Source of the DNA: Candidatus Thorarchaeota archaeon
GTDB taxonomy: Archaea; Asgardarchaeota; Thorarchaeia; Thorarchaeales; Thorarchaeaceae
Assembly (NCBI GenBank): GCA_003345555.1
Contig: PRDJ01000021.1
Coordinates: forward strand, 1-20,174
Direction of reading: 5' to 3'
Length of the DNA stretch: 20,174 nt
The notes under the pieces are model-generated. The model was not told the origin of the DNA and did not search any database. It worked only from the letters and a program-made list of their open reading frames with translations. Both the position numbers and the translations under genes were made by a program. Shown piece after piece: positions 8,095 through 16,404 of the stretch (within the stretch, counting starts at the first letter, position 1; each line of letters starts with the position of its first letter).

Positions 8095-8719
8095 CCTTGA
8101 TGTGCTCCTCGAACTTCTTCAATTCCTGAACCAGCTTCGCCTGCTGCACTCCAGAAGTGAGATCCCCTCGAGTCCGTTCTAACAAGGATCTTGCCACGTC
8201 ACACTTTCTCCTCAAATCCGGTACTAATGCATTCGGAAAATCGAACCTGAGAAGGCCCTCCAATGTCTCCTCCATAAGGTCCAGAAGTCGTTCAGCACGT
8301 GCAGTATCATCTGCACGCAGACTGTCAAGTACCGCTCGTCTGAGTTCGCCAATAGCATCTGCTAGACCCGTGAGGTAGGGTCTTGATGGAACTCCGATCT
8401 GATTCGGTGGAACAAAAGAGCCGTCACTAAGGAGAGAAACAACATTAGCTGCTTCTGCCACTTCTTGGTATGCCGCATCCAATACTCTTGAACTCAGCAT
8501 GAATTCACTATGCGATATTTCATCAATTGCCTTGCTCAGGAGATTTCGAGCCTCTTCGACAAGTTTCGACGCATCAGCAAACTCACCTCTATGTGCCCGC
8601 TTCACAGACTCTCCACATATCCTCACAGCCTCCCTAGCTAGGGGTAGGGTTTTCTCACGGATTGTGTCGTCCGCCTCTATTTCCGCCCTTATGGGTTCAA
8701 GAACGGTCTCCAGTTCCAT
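8078..8719 (-). CDS. Translin/TRAX family RNase (archaeal Trax-like)
   Basis: RE-x6-RE, AYQEVAEA, YLTGLADAIGELRR, LRRKCDVARSLLERT; predicted all-helical. Confidence 0.9.
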   Translation of the reverse strand: MELETVLEPIRAEIEADDTIREKTLPLAREAVRICGESVKRAHRGEFADASKLVEEARNLLSKAIDEISHSEFMLSSRVLDAAYQEVAEAANVVSLLSDGSFVPPNQIGVPSRPYLTGLADAIGELRRAVLDSLRADDTARAERLLDLMEETLEGLLRFDFPNALVPDLRRKCDVARSLLERTRGDLTSGVQQAKLVQELKKFEEHIKDVRKR

Positions 8720-8729
8720 TTCAGTCTCC

Positions 8730-9701
8730 TCACTGCACGTTCATCCTTTCTATCTGTGAATCACGAGATAAAAGAACGACCCTACTTTCAACTTGCTCGT
8801 CCAAAACACGGTAACCGGTGATTGAAGACAGTTTTTCAGCAAAGGCCCTTATGTCTCGATGGGAAGGTGCATTGCTCAGACTAAGTCTTTGTCTTGATGT
8901 GCCCAGAAACATGTACCCCTTAACCTCGACATAGTCTGGCTCGCCCTTCATAACTAGTCTCGCGTATGACCTGACATCATACATGTTTCGACCTGCCACC
9001 ATCGTGAGTCTATTGACTCGCCTGCACTTGAGCGATGACAGGAGTTCCTGAGTCTTGTTAAGTTGCGTCCAACCATCAGAATCCTTCGGCCTGCATAAGG
9101 CCCTATAGGTTTCCTCGTCCGGGGCGGCCAATGTGACATAAAGCTGGGTGGGAAGCGACATTCTGCTCAAGACTTCGGGACGTGTACCATTCGTCACCAA
9201 GAATGAGGTCATTCGTCGTCGCTTGATTTCGTCGATCAGCCCGCTGATTACTGGATACAGGGTTGGTTCGCCAGCCAGAGATATAGCGACATGCCTTGGT
9301 TCACGAGCTTCTCGGTATTTCTCCTCCGAAACACAAGCTGCTACCTTCGGATTGAATCCTCCGAGCGAGCGAAGGTTTGCCATGATGGCAGCATCCAAGA
9401 GTTGCTTCGGTTCAAGGAACTCGGGTTCGGACACGTGAGTCTGATCCCATGTTACTCCGATATCAGACGGGGTCACTCGCCAACAGAATTGGCATTCCTG
9501 ATTGCACTTATCAACAAGAGGCGTAATCTGAATACACCTGTGAGACTCGATACCGTAGAATCGTTGTTTGTAGCATACATCACCTAGTAGCAGGCTCTTT
9601 TTCTGCCACTGGCACGCCTTGAAAGCTCCTCTATCACCCAGAATATCATAACCCTGTCGTACAAGCTTTTCTCTAAGCTCAGGAGGCATGTCCGTATTCA
9701 C
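8730..9701 (-). CDS. taw1: 4-demethylwyosine synthase TYW1/Taw1 (radical SAM)
   Basis: CYKQRFYGIESHRC, CNQECQFCWR (CxxxCxxC), AISLAGEPTLYP, FLVTNGT, EVKGYM. An alternative ATG start is at 9689. Confidence 0.95.
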   Translation of the reverse strand: MNTDMPPELREKLVRQGYDILGDRGAFKACQWQKKSLLLGDVCYKQRFYGIESHRCIQITPLVDKCNQECQFCWRVTPSDIGVTWDQTHVSEPEFLEPKQLLDAAIMANLRSLGGFNPKVAACVSEEKYREAREPRHVAISLAGEPTLYPVISGLIDEIKRRRMTSFLVTNGTRPEVLSRMSLPTQLYVTLAAPDEETYRALCRPKDSDGWTQLNKTQELLSSLKCRRVNRLTMVAGRNMYDVRSYARLVMKGEPDYVEVKGYMFLGTSRQRLSLSNAPSHRDIRAFAEKLSSITGYRVLDEQVESRVVLLSRDSQIERMNVQ

Positions 9702-9791
9702 GTTGCTCTCACGACCTTCGATGATTCACGTCTTATGAGGGTTTGGCCATATGGTCTCGGTTTCTGGAAGGAGATGAGCCCGCTCGGAAGA

Positions 9792-11072
9792 CTAGTCCGA
9801 ACCCGCATCTGAATTACCAGCTGCTAGTCTTTCTCCGAATTGCTCTTGAGTACCCCAAGAGCCTGTCAGTAAACCCCGTCTTGCAAGATCGCCCAAGTAT
9901 TTGCGGGTTTCTTCATCGAGACGACCCGGTGGCATTTGTTCAAAGGAACTTCCAGGCAGTGGCATGAAAACATGAGCATGTATCCTTACGCCCATCCCAG
10001 TCATCTCGTCGCACAGACGAAGACTAGCCTTGAGATCGTTTTCTTCTTCTCCAGGCAGCCCGAATATCATATCCACATGAGGAATGAACCCGGCGTCTAG
10101 GGCCATTCCGACAGCGTCGCGGCCTTGTTGGACCGTGTGGCGTCTGTTGGCAATCTTAAGCACGCGATCACTGCCAGACTGCAGTCCTATCTGTAACGTT
10201 TTGTTTGCCGTGTATTGCCGCAGAATCTCAAGGATTCTATGATTCGCAAATTCAGGTCTCACCTCAGACGGAAATGAGCCAAAGAAAATCTCTTCAATTC
10301 CGTCAACCGAAGCCGATTTGCTGAGGAGGCTCTCCAATTCCTCGGGTCTGCTAGTTAGTCCATTGCCTCCGTAACAAAGGGCGTTCGGCGACAGGAACCA
10401 TGTCCTCCTGAAGTGTCTCTTCTGTGCGGCCAGACTCAGCCATCGTACAACTGAATCAACAGACCTGTGTCTAACGACTGTTCCAGTCAGAAATGGTGTA
10501 CAACAGAACTTGCAGGCGAAAGGACAGCCTCTCGTCACCTCTATTGGTCCCACAATGTTCAGACCGAGTGCAAACGGTGGATAATCATCAAGCGTTATCT
10601 TGACCAAGTCATGTGGCTTGGGATAGTGTTCCATGCATTCGGACACCACACCTTCGACTCCAGTCGGATCAAGACCATTTCCCAATCGGTACATTATCTC
10701 GGGAAAGACTCTCTCGCCTTCACCAATCGCGACAAGGTCAAATCCAGCTTCTAAAAGCTCCCAAGGTCTTGCACTGGCGTGCGGTCCACCTGCTATGAGA
10801 GTCACCCTGTCACCGTGCTTACTTCGAATGTTCTTGGCTTCTTCAATGATCCTGCCTGCTTGAGTGGACATGACGGAGTATGCTACGGTTACCGGTCCAT
10901 ATTTCAGCCAAGTCTGTATGGACCTCTCGGGTGCTTCTGACGGGACGAGCACATTCAAGGAATCCAATCTTGGATCTGTCTCAATGGCCCCAAGTAGGGC
11001 CGCGATACTATATCGCGACTGTTGATAGAAGCGAAAAATGAGAGTACTCCTGTTCACAGAATGCACACGCAC
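9792..11072 (-). CDS. B12-binding-like domain / radical SAM protein, MJ1487 (TIGR04013-like) family
   Basis: SIAALLGAIE N-terminus, GGPHAS, IGEGE, EVTRGCPFACKFC, FPSEVRPE, GLQSGS, DMIFGLPGE, FMPLPGS. Exact start uncertain (GTG 11072 or 11057). Confidence 0.85.
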   Translation of the reverse strand: MRVHSVNRSTLIFRFYQQSRYSIAALLGAIETDPRLDSLNVLVPSEAPERSIQTWLKYGPVTVAYSVMSTQAGRIIEEAKNIRSKHGDRVTLIAGGPHASARPWELLEAGFDLVAIGEGERVFPEIMYRLGNGLDPTGVEGVVSECMEHYPKPHDLVKITLDDYPPFALGLNIVGPIEVTRGCPFACKFCCTPFLTGTVVRHRSVDSVVRWLSLAAQKRHFRRTWFLSPNALCYGGNGLTSRPEELESLLSKSASVDGIEEIFFGSFPSEVRPEFANHRILEILRQYTANKTLQIGLQSGSDRVLKIANRRHTVQQGRDAVGMALDAGFIPHVDMIFGLPGEEENDLKASLRLCDEMTGMGVRIHAHVFMPLPGSSFEQMPPGRLDEETRKYLGDLARRGLLTGSWGTQEQFGERLAAGNSDAGSD

Positions 11073-11075
11073 TGT

Positions 11076-11663
11076 CTAGGCGGTTCTTTCTTCGACGCCT
11101 TTCTCCGTAACAGACATGATTCGTATCTCTCCCCCGGACTGAACATCGCGAGCGATTGCAGCCTTAATCGAATGAATAGCGATCTCCTCTGCTTCCTTTA
11201 CAGTGACTCCGGGTTTGTATTCTCTTTCGAGAACACCATATGCTATCTGCATTCCCGAACCCGCCGCGGTGAAATCATCCGGGATGAGCGATCCTCCCAT
11301 GTCCAGAGTGTAGAGAACTGGCCCAGACTTGTCAACGCCCACTATCACAGGTTGGACAAACATCGGGTCCAACTTCCTCGAATAAAGAATGTTTGCGACC
11401 ATCTTTGAGAGCGCTCTCACACTGATTGGCTTCTTCTCGTTCAGTTCATAGAGCTTTATCTGTGCCTGAAGTCTCTTTACCAGCATCTGGTAGTCAGAGG
11501 TCAAACCAGCGGATGCTAAGACAATCGTGTCAGTCAGCTTGAATGCCTTGATGCCCTTCTCGCTCAGGACAAATGTGCCCCAAGTTATCAGTGAGTCAGT
11601 CGCCACTACTGCTCCGTCGCTGCACTTGATGCCTACAACGGTTGCTCCGGTTGGAATCGACAT
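11076..11663 (-). CDS. psmB: Proteasome beta subunit, probably non-catalytic (Thr1>Ala)
   Basis: TGATVVGI, ATD, AGSG, RDVQSG motifs. ATG at 11663 is preceded by an AAGGAG SD. Confidence 0.93.
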   Translation of the reverse strand: MSIPTGATVVGIKCSDGAVVATDSLITWGTFVLSEKGIKAFKLTDTIVLASAGLTSDYQMLVKRLQAQIKLYELNEKKPISVRALSKMVANILYSRKLDPMFVQPVIVGVDKSGPVLYTLDMGGSLIPDDFTAAGSGMQIAYGVLEREYKPGVTVKEAEEIAIHSIKAAIARDVQSGGEIRIMSVTEKGVEERTA

Positions 11664-11718
11664 GGTCGTGTGCACTCCTTTCAGGGTTCTGGTACAGAAA
11701 AAGAGTCAGTTGCGGTCT

Positions 11719-11726
11719 TTTTAAAA
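11719..11726. promoter_or_regulatory. Palindromic TATA element TTTTAAAA between divergent psmB and the Nog1 gene
   Basis: Perfect palindrome lying 56 nt from each start codon; BRE-like CAAAACG precedes it on the minus strand. Confidence 0.55.
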
Positions 11727-11781
11727 CGTTTTGACTTGTTCCTTTAGCTCGACTGATAAGTCCTCTGGAAGGGGTCTTCAT

Positions 11782-12858
11782 ATGCCGTCTTTGAATCCAT
11801 TTGCAGATATACCTCGCATAATGACCTCAGAGGAGATTATTGAATTCGCACATAACAGGTCTCTGCGCAAGAACGTAAAGAGCTCCCTGAGAATCGCAAG
11901 ATTGGAGAGAACCCGGATACGGGAAATCTCGAGGACACAAGAGTTCTCCGCCCAAGTAAAGGCCAAGCTCAGAGAAGCAGTTGAAAGCTTCCCATCGCTA
12001 GAACGGCTCCACCCATTTTATCTTGAGTTAGCTGAGATTCTGGTCGGCATTGACAGGCTGAAGCAGGCCCTTGGCGCGATTTTCAACTGCATCGCATTAA
12101 TCGACAGGATAGTCGGTTCTGAAATCGTGGCGATGAAGCGCGCTACGGAGCCTGAACAAATCAAGAGACTCCGAAGTGCTGCGAAAGGAAGGGTCTCCTC
12201 TCTCCTCAGAGAGACATCCGGGAACTTGGACACGGTTATCAAAGCGAAGACTATGATGGCGTCTCTCCCGGGTGTGGACCCTAACTCACCAACGATTGTA
12301 TGTGCTGGTTTTCCGAATGTTGGCAAGTCCACTCTTGTGAAGGCCGTTTCGACTGCCGAGCCCGAGATTGCATACTATCCCTTCACTACACGCGAGGTGA
12401 TAGTGGGGCACATGACTGTCGACAACAATGTCATTCAGGTCGTTGATACACCGGGTATTCTCGACCGCTCAATGAGCAAGCGAAACCAGATTGAAAGACA
12501 AGCGATTGCAGCCCTCAAGTATCTGGCGAATGTGGTCATATTCATGATGGACCCGTCAGAGACCTGCGGGTGGCCATTTGATGAGCAACTCAATCTCTAC
12601 AACGAGGTCCGGAGGATGTTCGCTGTGAGCCCAATGATCGTGGTCTTCAATAAGGTGGACATCACCCCACCGGAACAGCTTGCAGCTGCAAGATCTAGGG
12701 TTCCAGGGGCTCGTGAGATAGTTGCGTCAGAAGGTCTTGGCGTCCAAGATCTAATGATAGAAGCGCTTGATTCTGTCGATCTATCATCGATGAAGGAGTC
12801 AGTACGCAAGTACCTCTCAGCTCTGCCTCGGGGGGAGAGTCGTCCCTCTGATACGTAG
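11782..12858 (+). CDS. Nog1/GTPBP4-like GTPase (Obg family, large-subunit biogenesis)
   Basis: FPSL-x2-LHPFY-x-EL helical domain, G1 GFPNVGKS, G2 YPFTT, G3 DTPG, G4 NKVD. ATG at 11782 preferred over TTG at 11731. Confidence 0.92.
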   Translation: MPSLNPFADIPRIMTSEEIIEFAHNRSLRKNVKSSLRIARLERTRIREISRTQEFSAQVKAKLREAVESFPSLERLHPFYLELAEILVGIDRLKQALGAIFNCIALIDRIVGSEIVAMKRATEPEQIKRLRSAAKGRVSSLLRETSGNLDTVIKAKTMMASLPGVDPNSPTIVCAGFPNVGKSTLVKAVSTAEPEIAYYPFTTREVIVGHMTVDNNVIQVVDTPGILDRSMSKRNQIERQAIAALKYLANVVIFMMDPSETCGWPFDEQLNLYNEVRRMFAVSPMIVVFNKVDITPPEQLAAARSRVPGAREIVASEGLGVQDLMIEALDSVDLSSMKESVRKYLSALPRGESRPSDT

Positions 12859-13887
12859 TATCCCCGGCTCCCCTATCTTTCCTTGTATGTCAACATCGAT
12901 ACCCAGAATCTGCCGAGTCACCCAGACGTTCGTCATCAGATGTGATGTTATCTCCGTGATTCCAATCCGGCTTTCACCCGAGGCAAGAGCAAGGTAGGGA
13001 ACAAGCATGTCGCTGAGATGAGAATCGACGGCCATTCCGGATGCCATTTCATGAAGGAGGGCACGTGCAGCCCCTGAACCCACTTCTTCGGCGCTCTTAC
13101 CTTTCTCCCCCAAGCTGTCAGAACCCAATCTTACTCCATCTTCGGATTCTGCCCAGAGAACGATGCCGCTCCCCGGACCCAGATGGGGATCTGCGCCCTT
13201 GGGATGACTTTCTCGAGCTATATGGATACTGTCAACATGCTGACTGCGAAGAGCATTCTCAGCTGAAACGGCCTGTCTCTCAGCTACGTGAGCCGGAAGC
13301 CTTACGCAGTGAGATATGCCCCCTATCTCTCTGAGCCTTCCGAATTCAACCAATTCCAAGGGAGCAATCTGCTTGTTCGCACTGACAGCACAGGACACCT
13401 TGCCCCCTCCTGCAGGATAGTGTCCTCGACGCTCTTGTACCAGACTCACCGTGAGCCCAATACGTCCCAGCATCTTCAGAAAGACCTCCCTTATGTAATC
13501 AATAGGCGGGCTCCAGCTGACATCTGTACCGCCCGTGAGACGAAAGGTGGTGGGCTCGTGTGATAACACTGCGGGAGGCAGGACCGCTTGGAGAACTAGC
13601 GAGATAGATCCGGCTGTCCCTACGTCAAAGCTGAAATTGCCGTTGCATCTTTCGATTGGCTCAAACCCCACCTCGGTGCTGCCGACTTTGAGACCGCTTA
13701 CACGGGCCTTCACGAGTCTCGCAGTGAGCTCCACAGCAGCTATATGCTGTTTCTTCAGACCTGGCTGGGGTCTGCTGGCACGAATCTTGATTATTCTGAC
13801 TGGCTGCATCGCAAGCGCTGACAATGACACAGCTGTGCGGAGTATCTGTCCTCCACCTTCGCCATAGGAGCCGTCAATTTCCATCAT
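12817..13887 (-). CDS. rtcA: RNA 3'-terminal phosphate cyclase
   Basis: IDGSYGEGGGQILR, TAGSISL, GGTDV, RGHYPAGGG, SHLMTN (catalytic His). ATG at 13887 or 13884. Confidence 0.95.
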   Translation of the reverse strand: MMEIDGSYGEGGGQILRTAVSLSALAMQPVRIIKIRASRPQPGLKKQHIAAVELTARLVKARVSGLKVGSTEVGFEPIERCNGNFSFDVGTAGSISLVLQAVLPPAVLSHEPTTFRLTGGTDVSWSPPIDYIREVFLKMLGRIGLTVSLVQERRGHYPAGGGKVSCAVSANKQIAPLELVEFGRLREIGGISHCVRLPAHVAERQAVSAENALRSQHVDSIHIARESHPKGADPHLGPGSGIVLWAESEDGVRLGSDSLGEKGKSAEEVGSGAARALLHEMASGMAVDSHLSDMLVPYLALASGESRIGITEITSHLMTNVWVTRQILGIDVDIQGKIGEPGILRIRGTTLPPRQS

Positions 13888-14049
13888 GTCAGGAACACCG
13901 CCGTTTCGAGAGACGATTACGAGGTTAAGAACTTCAGTGTACTGCTCGAACTTTACAGTCAACGGGTGTTCACATCACATTCTCTGCCACGGTGTTCAGA
14001 GAAGCTCAACACTTATTTGCCTCTTACACCAAATCAAGATGTGATTAGG

Positions 14050-14571
14050 ATGCGGTCGTTATTCGTGGGCCGATTTCAGCCTGTACACAATGGTCACATG
14101 CATACAGTCAGACAGATACTGGACATGGGCGAGGATCTTGTCATCGCCATAGGCAGCGCACAGTACTCTCATACTCCTGATAATCCTTTCACGGGTGGTG
14201 AGAGGATGATGTTCTTCAAGCGTGCTATCGTCGATGAAAGCCTGCCGCTTGACCGTATTGACATAGTACCTGTGCCAGACATCGGCATTCATCCCCTGTG
14301 GGTTTCTCATCTGATGTCACTCATTCCGCATGTCGACAAGGCGTACAGTCATAATCCCCTTGTCAGAAGGCTTCTCAAGGATGCGGGATATCAAGTAGAA
14401 GAAACAGGCCTCCTTGAGAAGGGCACATACAGCGGCAGACACATTCGCGACTTGATGAGATGGGGCGGTGAGTGGGAGCCTCTTGTCCCTGAAGGAGTGC
14501 TCGAGATTATCAAGAACCTGAAACTCGACGAACGCGTCAGAGAAATCGGCGAAGTGACCATCGTACGGTAG
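14050..14571 (+). CDS. nadM: Nicotinamide-nucleotide adenylyltransferase (archaeal NMNAT)
   Basis: GRFQP-x-H-x-GH, SAQYSHTPDNPFTGGER, W-x2-H, NPLV. ATG at 14050 preferred over 13966. Confidence 0.93.
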   Translation: MRSLFVGRFQPVHNGHMHTVRQILDMGEDLVIAIGSAQYSHTPDNPFTGGERMMFFKRAIVDESLPLDRIDIVPVPDIGIHPLWVSHLMSLIPHVDKAYSHNPLVRRLLKDAGYQVEETGLLEKGTYSGRHIRDLMRWGGEWEPLVPEGVLEIIKNLKLDERVREIGEVTIVR

Positions 14572-14703
14572 AGTCCGCGCTCAAGACTACCAACGGATTG
14601 GCTTAAATATGAGGCCCAGACGACAATCTGACGGTGAACGGTCATGCTAGGTGAGCGCGTTCCGCACTGACAGCACACTGCTTCTTCATCCTAGCCATTT
14701 CTC

Positions 14704-14708
14704 TATAA
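14704..14708 (+). promoter_or_regulatory. TATA-like box for a near-leaderless proS transcript
   Basis: TATAA 26-30 nt upstream of ATG at 14734. Confidence 0.35.
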
Positions 14709-14733
14709 CTCAATCAAAACAGAGGATATTACC

Positions 14734-16218
14734 ATGACCAACGGGGAAGCCGCACAGAACGAGAAAGAGGTCATCTTCCACATAAGCAAGAAGGACAACT
14801 TTCCAGACTGGTTCGGGGAGATCTGCAGGGTTGCCGAACTGGCTGACATAAGATACGGCGTCAAAGGATTCACACCATTCCTGCCATGGAGCGTCATGAC
14901 CATGGAACTCATGTTCGATATCCTTGAAGGAGTCCTCCAACGGAAGGGCCATCTTCCTATGCTATTTCCCACTGTAATCCCGGAGAGCAATCTCTCGAGA
15001 GAATCGCACCACGTGCAAGGTTTCACTCCGCAAGTCTTCTGGATAAGTGAGTTCGGCGATGGAGAGAAGTTGGATGAACGTTTGGCGTTACGACCTACGA
15101 GTGAGACTGCGATATACCCCATGTACTCACTGTGGATTCGGAGCTGGCGTGACCTGCCGCTTAAACGATATCAGCGGTGCACAGTGTTCAGGTCTGAGGT
15201 AAAGAGCACAAGGCCGTTTCTTAGGGGTCGAGAGTTCCTTTGGATTGAGAGCCATAACGTGTTTGCCACTCACGAAGAAGCAAAGGCACAAGTGAAAGAG
15301 GATCTTGAGACCACGAAGGAAGTTGTCACGGATGCGTTTGGTGTTCCGACGATGGTGTTTAGGCGTACGCAATGGGATAAGTTTCCCGGCGGTATCAACA
15401 CCTATGCTGCAGACACACTTATGCCCGATGGCAAAGTGCTGCAGCTTCCTTCAACTCATGATCTTGGCGACAATTTCGCTAGAGCCTTTGATATCAAGTA
15501 CATTAACGAGAGCAATGAAACAGTATATGCATTTCAGACCTGCTATGGACCTGCAATCTCCAGAATCTACGGTGCTTTGATATCAGTCCATGGAGACGAC
15601 AACGGTCTCAGGCTCCCCTTCAAGCTCGCACCTTATCAAGTCGTGATTGTCCCAATATTCAAGGGCAAGAGTGCAGACGATGTGATCGGCTATTGTCAAA
15701 AGGTCGAGAAGGCACTTCGGCATGCAGGGCTCAGAGTCTACCTTGATAGCCGCGACGCAACTCCGGGCTGGAAGTACAATTACTGGGAAATGAAAGGTGT
15801 GCCAGTCAGAGTTGAGGTCGGTCAACGCGAGGTGAAGCAAGAGAAAGTTGTGATTTTCCGAAGAGACCTGATGAAACGAGAAATCGTTGCACTTACCGGT
15901 CTCGCGGGTAAGGTTCAGACTGTCGGTCGAGATTATGATAGTGTCCTGAGAGCTGAAGCGGAATCGAGGTTTGAGAACCTAGTAGTTGATGCAGCAACTC
16001 TTGGTGCCCTCGAAGGCGTCTTGGACAAGGGGAAGATAGGACGAGTTCAATTCTGCACGACTGAAGCGGACGGCTTAATCTGTGCGGAAGAAATCAAGAA
16101 CAAGACGGGCGGCGAAGTCCGGGGCACGCGGATTGATGTAGAGGAGAGTGCAACAGGGGCCTGTATCGTGTGTGGCAAGGCCGCCAAAGCCGTTGTATAT
16201 GTTGCGCGGTCATACTGA
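14734..16218 (+). CDS. proS: Prolyl-tRNA synthetase, archaeal/eukaryotic type
   Basis: LRPTSET, TRPFLRGREF (motif 2), QTCYG (motif 3), HGDDNGL, PGWKYNYWEMKGVP, C-terminal Zn-binding cysteines and terminal Tyr (ARSY). Confidence 0.97.
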   Translation: MTNGEAAQNEKEVIFHISKKDNFPDWFGEICRVAELADIRYGVKGFTPFLPWSVMTMELMFDILEGVLQRKGHLPMLFPTVIPESNLSRESHHVQGFTPQVFWISEFGDGEKLDERLALRPTSETAIYPMYSLWIRSWRDLPLKRYQRCTVFRSEVKSTRPFLRGREFLWIESHNVFATHEEAKAQVKEDLETTKEVVTDAFGVPTMVFRRTQWDKFPGGINTYAADTLMPDGKVLQLPSTHDLGDNFARAFDIKYINESNETVYAFQTCYGPAISRIYGALISVHGDDNGLRLPFKLAPYQVVIVPIFKGKSADDVIGYCQKVEKALRHAGLRVYLDSRDATPGWKYNYWEMKGVPVRVEVGQREVKQEKVVIFRRDLMKREIVALTGLAGKVQTVGRDYDSVLRAEAESRFENLVVDAATLGALEGVLDKGKIGRVQFCTTEADGLICAEEIKNKTGGEVRGTRIDVEESATGACIVCGKAAKAVVYVARSY

Positions 16219-16404
16219 GCAACGTGGTGCCAACCTAGAGAAGACTGTTTGAGAAGACCGGGTCGCAACTTGTCCTATCATGTTTTTCTAGCGTGATATA
16301 TACACCGTATCACTGCACAAGAATGGTTTGTCACGGCCTAGAGCAAGCCTTTAAGGAGGACTCAAAAGAGGGCCGTTGTCAATCCCGTCTCTGAGGAATC
16401 GAGC

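Noticed and set aside
9747-9754. CCATATGG palindrome in the rSAM-taw1 gap
   Set aside because: A single 8-bp palindrome is expected by chance and has no second copy in a similar context.
11731-14049. N-terminal extensions in the ORF track (Nog1 from 11731, RtcA from 13962, NMNAT from 13966)
   Set aside because: The extensions run through promoter regions and precede the family-typical N-termini, so downstream ATGs were chosen.
14607-14700. Box C/D guide RNA interpretation (two CTGA on +; ATGAAGA...CTCA on -)
   Set aside because: There is no convincing RTGATGA box on +, and the D-box position on - reads CTCA and pairs as a normal helix. Kept only as a generic structured-RNA candidate.
14703-15122. 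139-aa minus-strand ORF and the other short ORFs nested in longer genes
   Set aside because: Antisense or alternate-frame shadows of well-supported genes, with no independent evidence.
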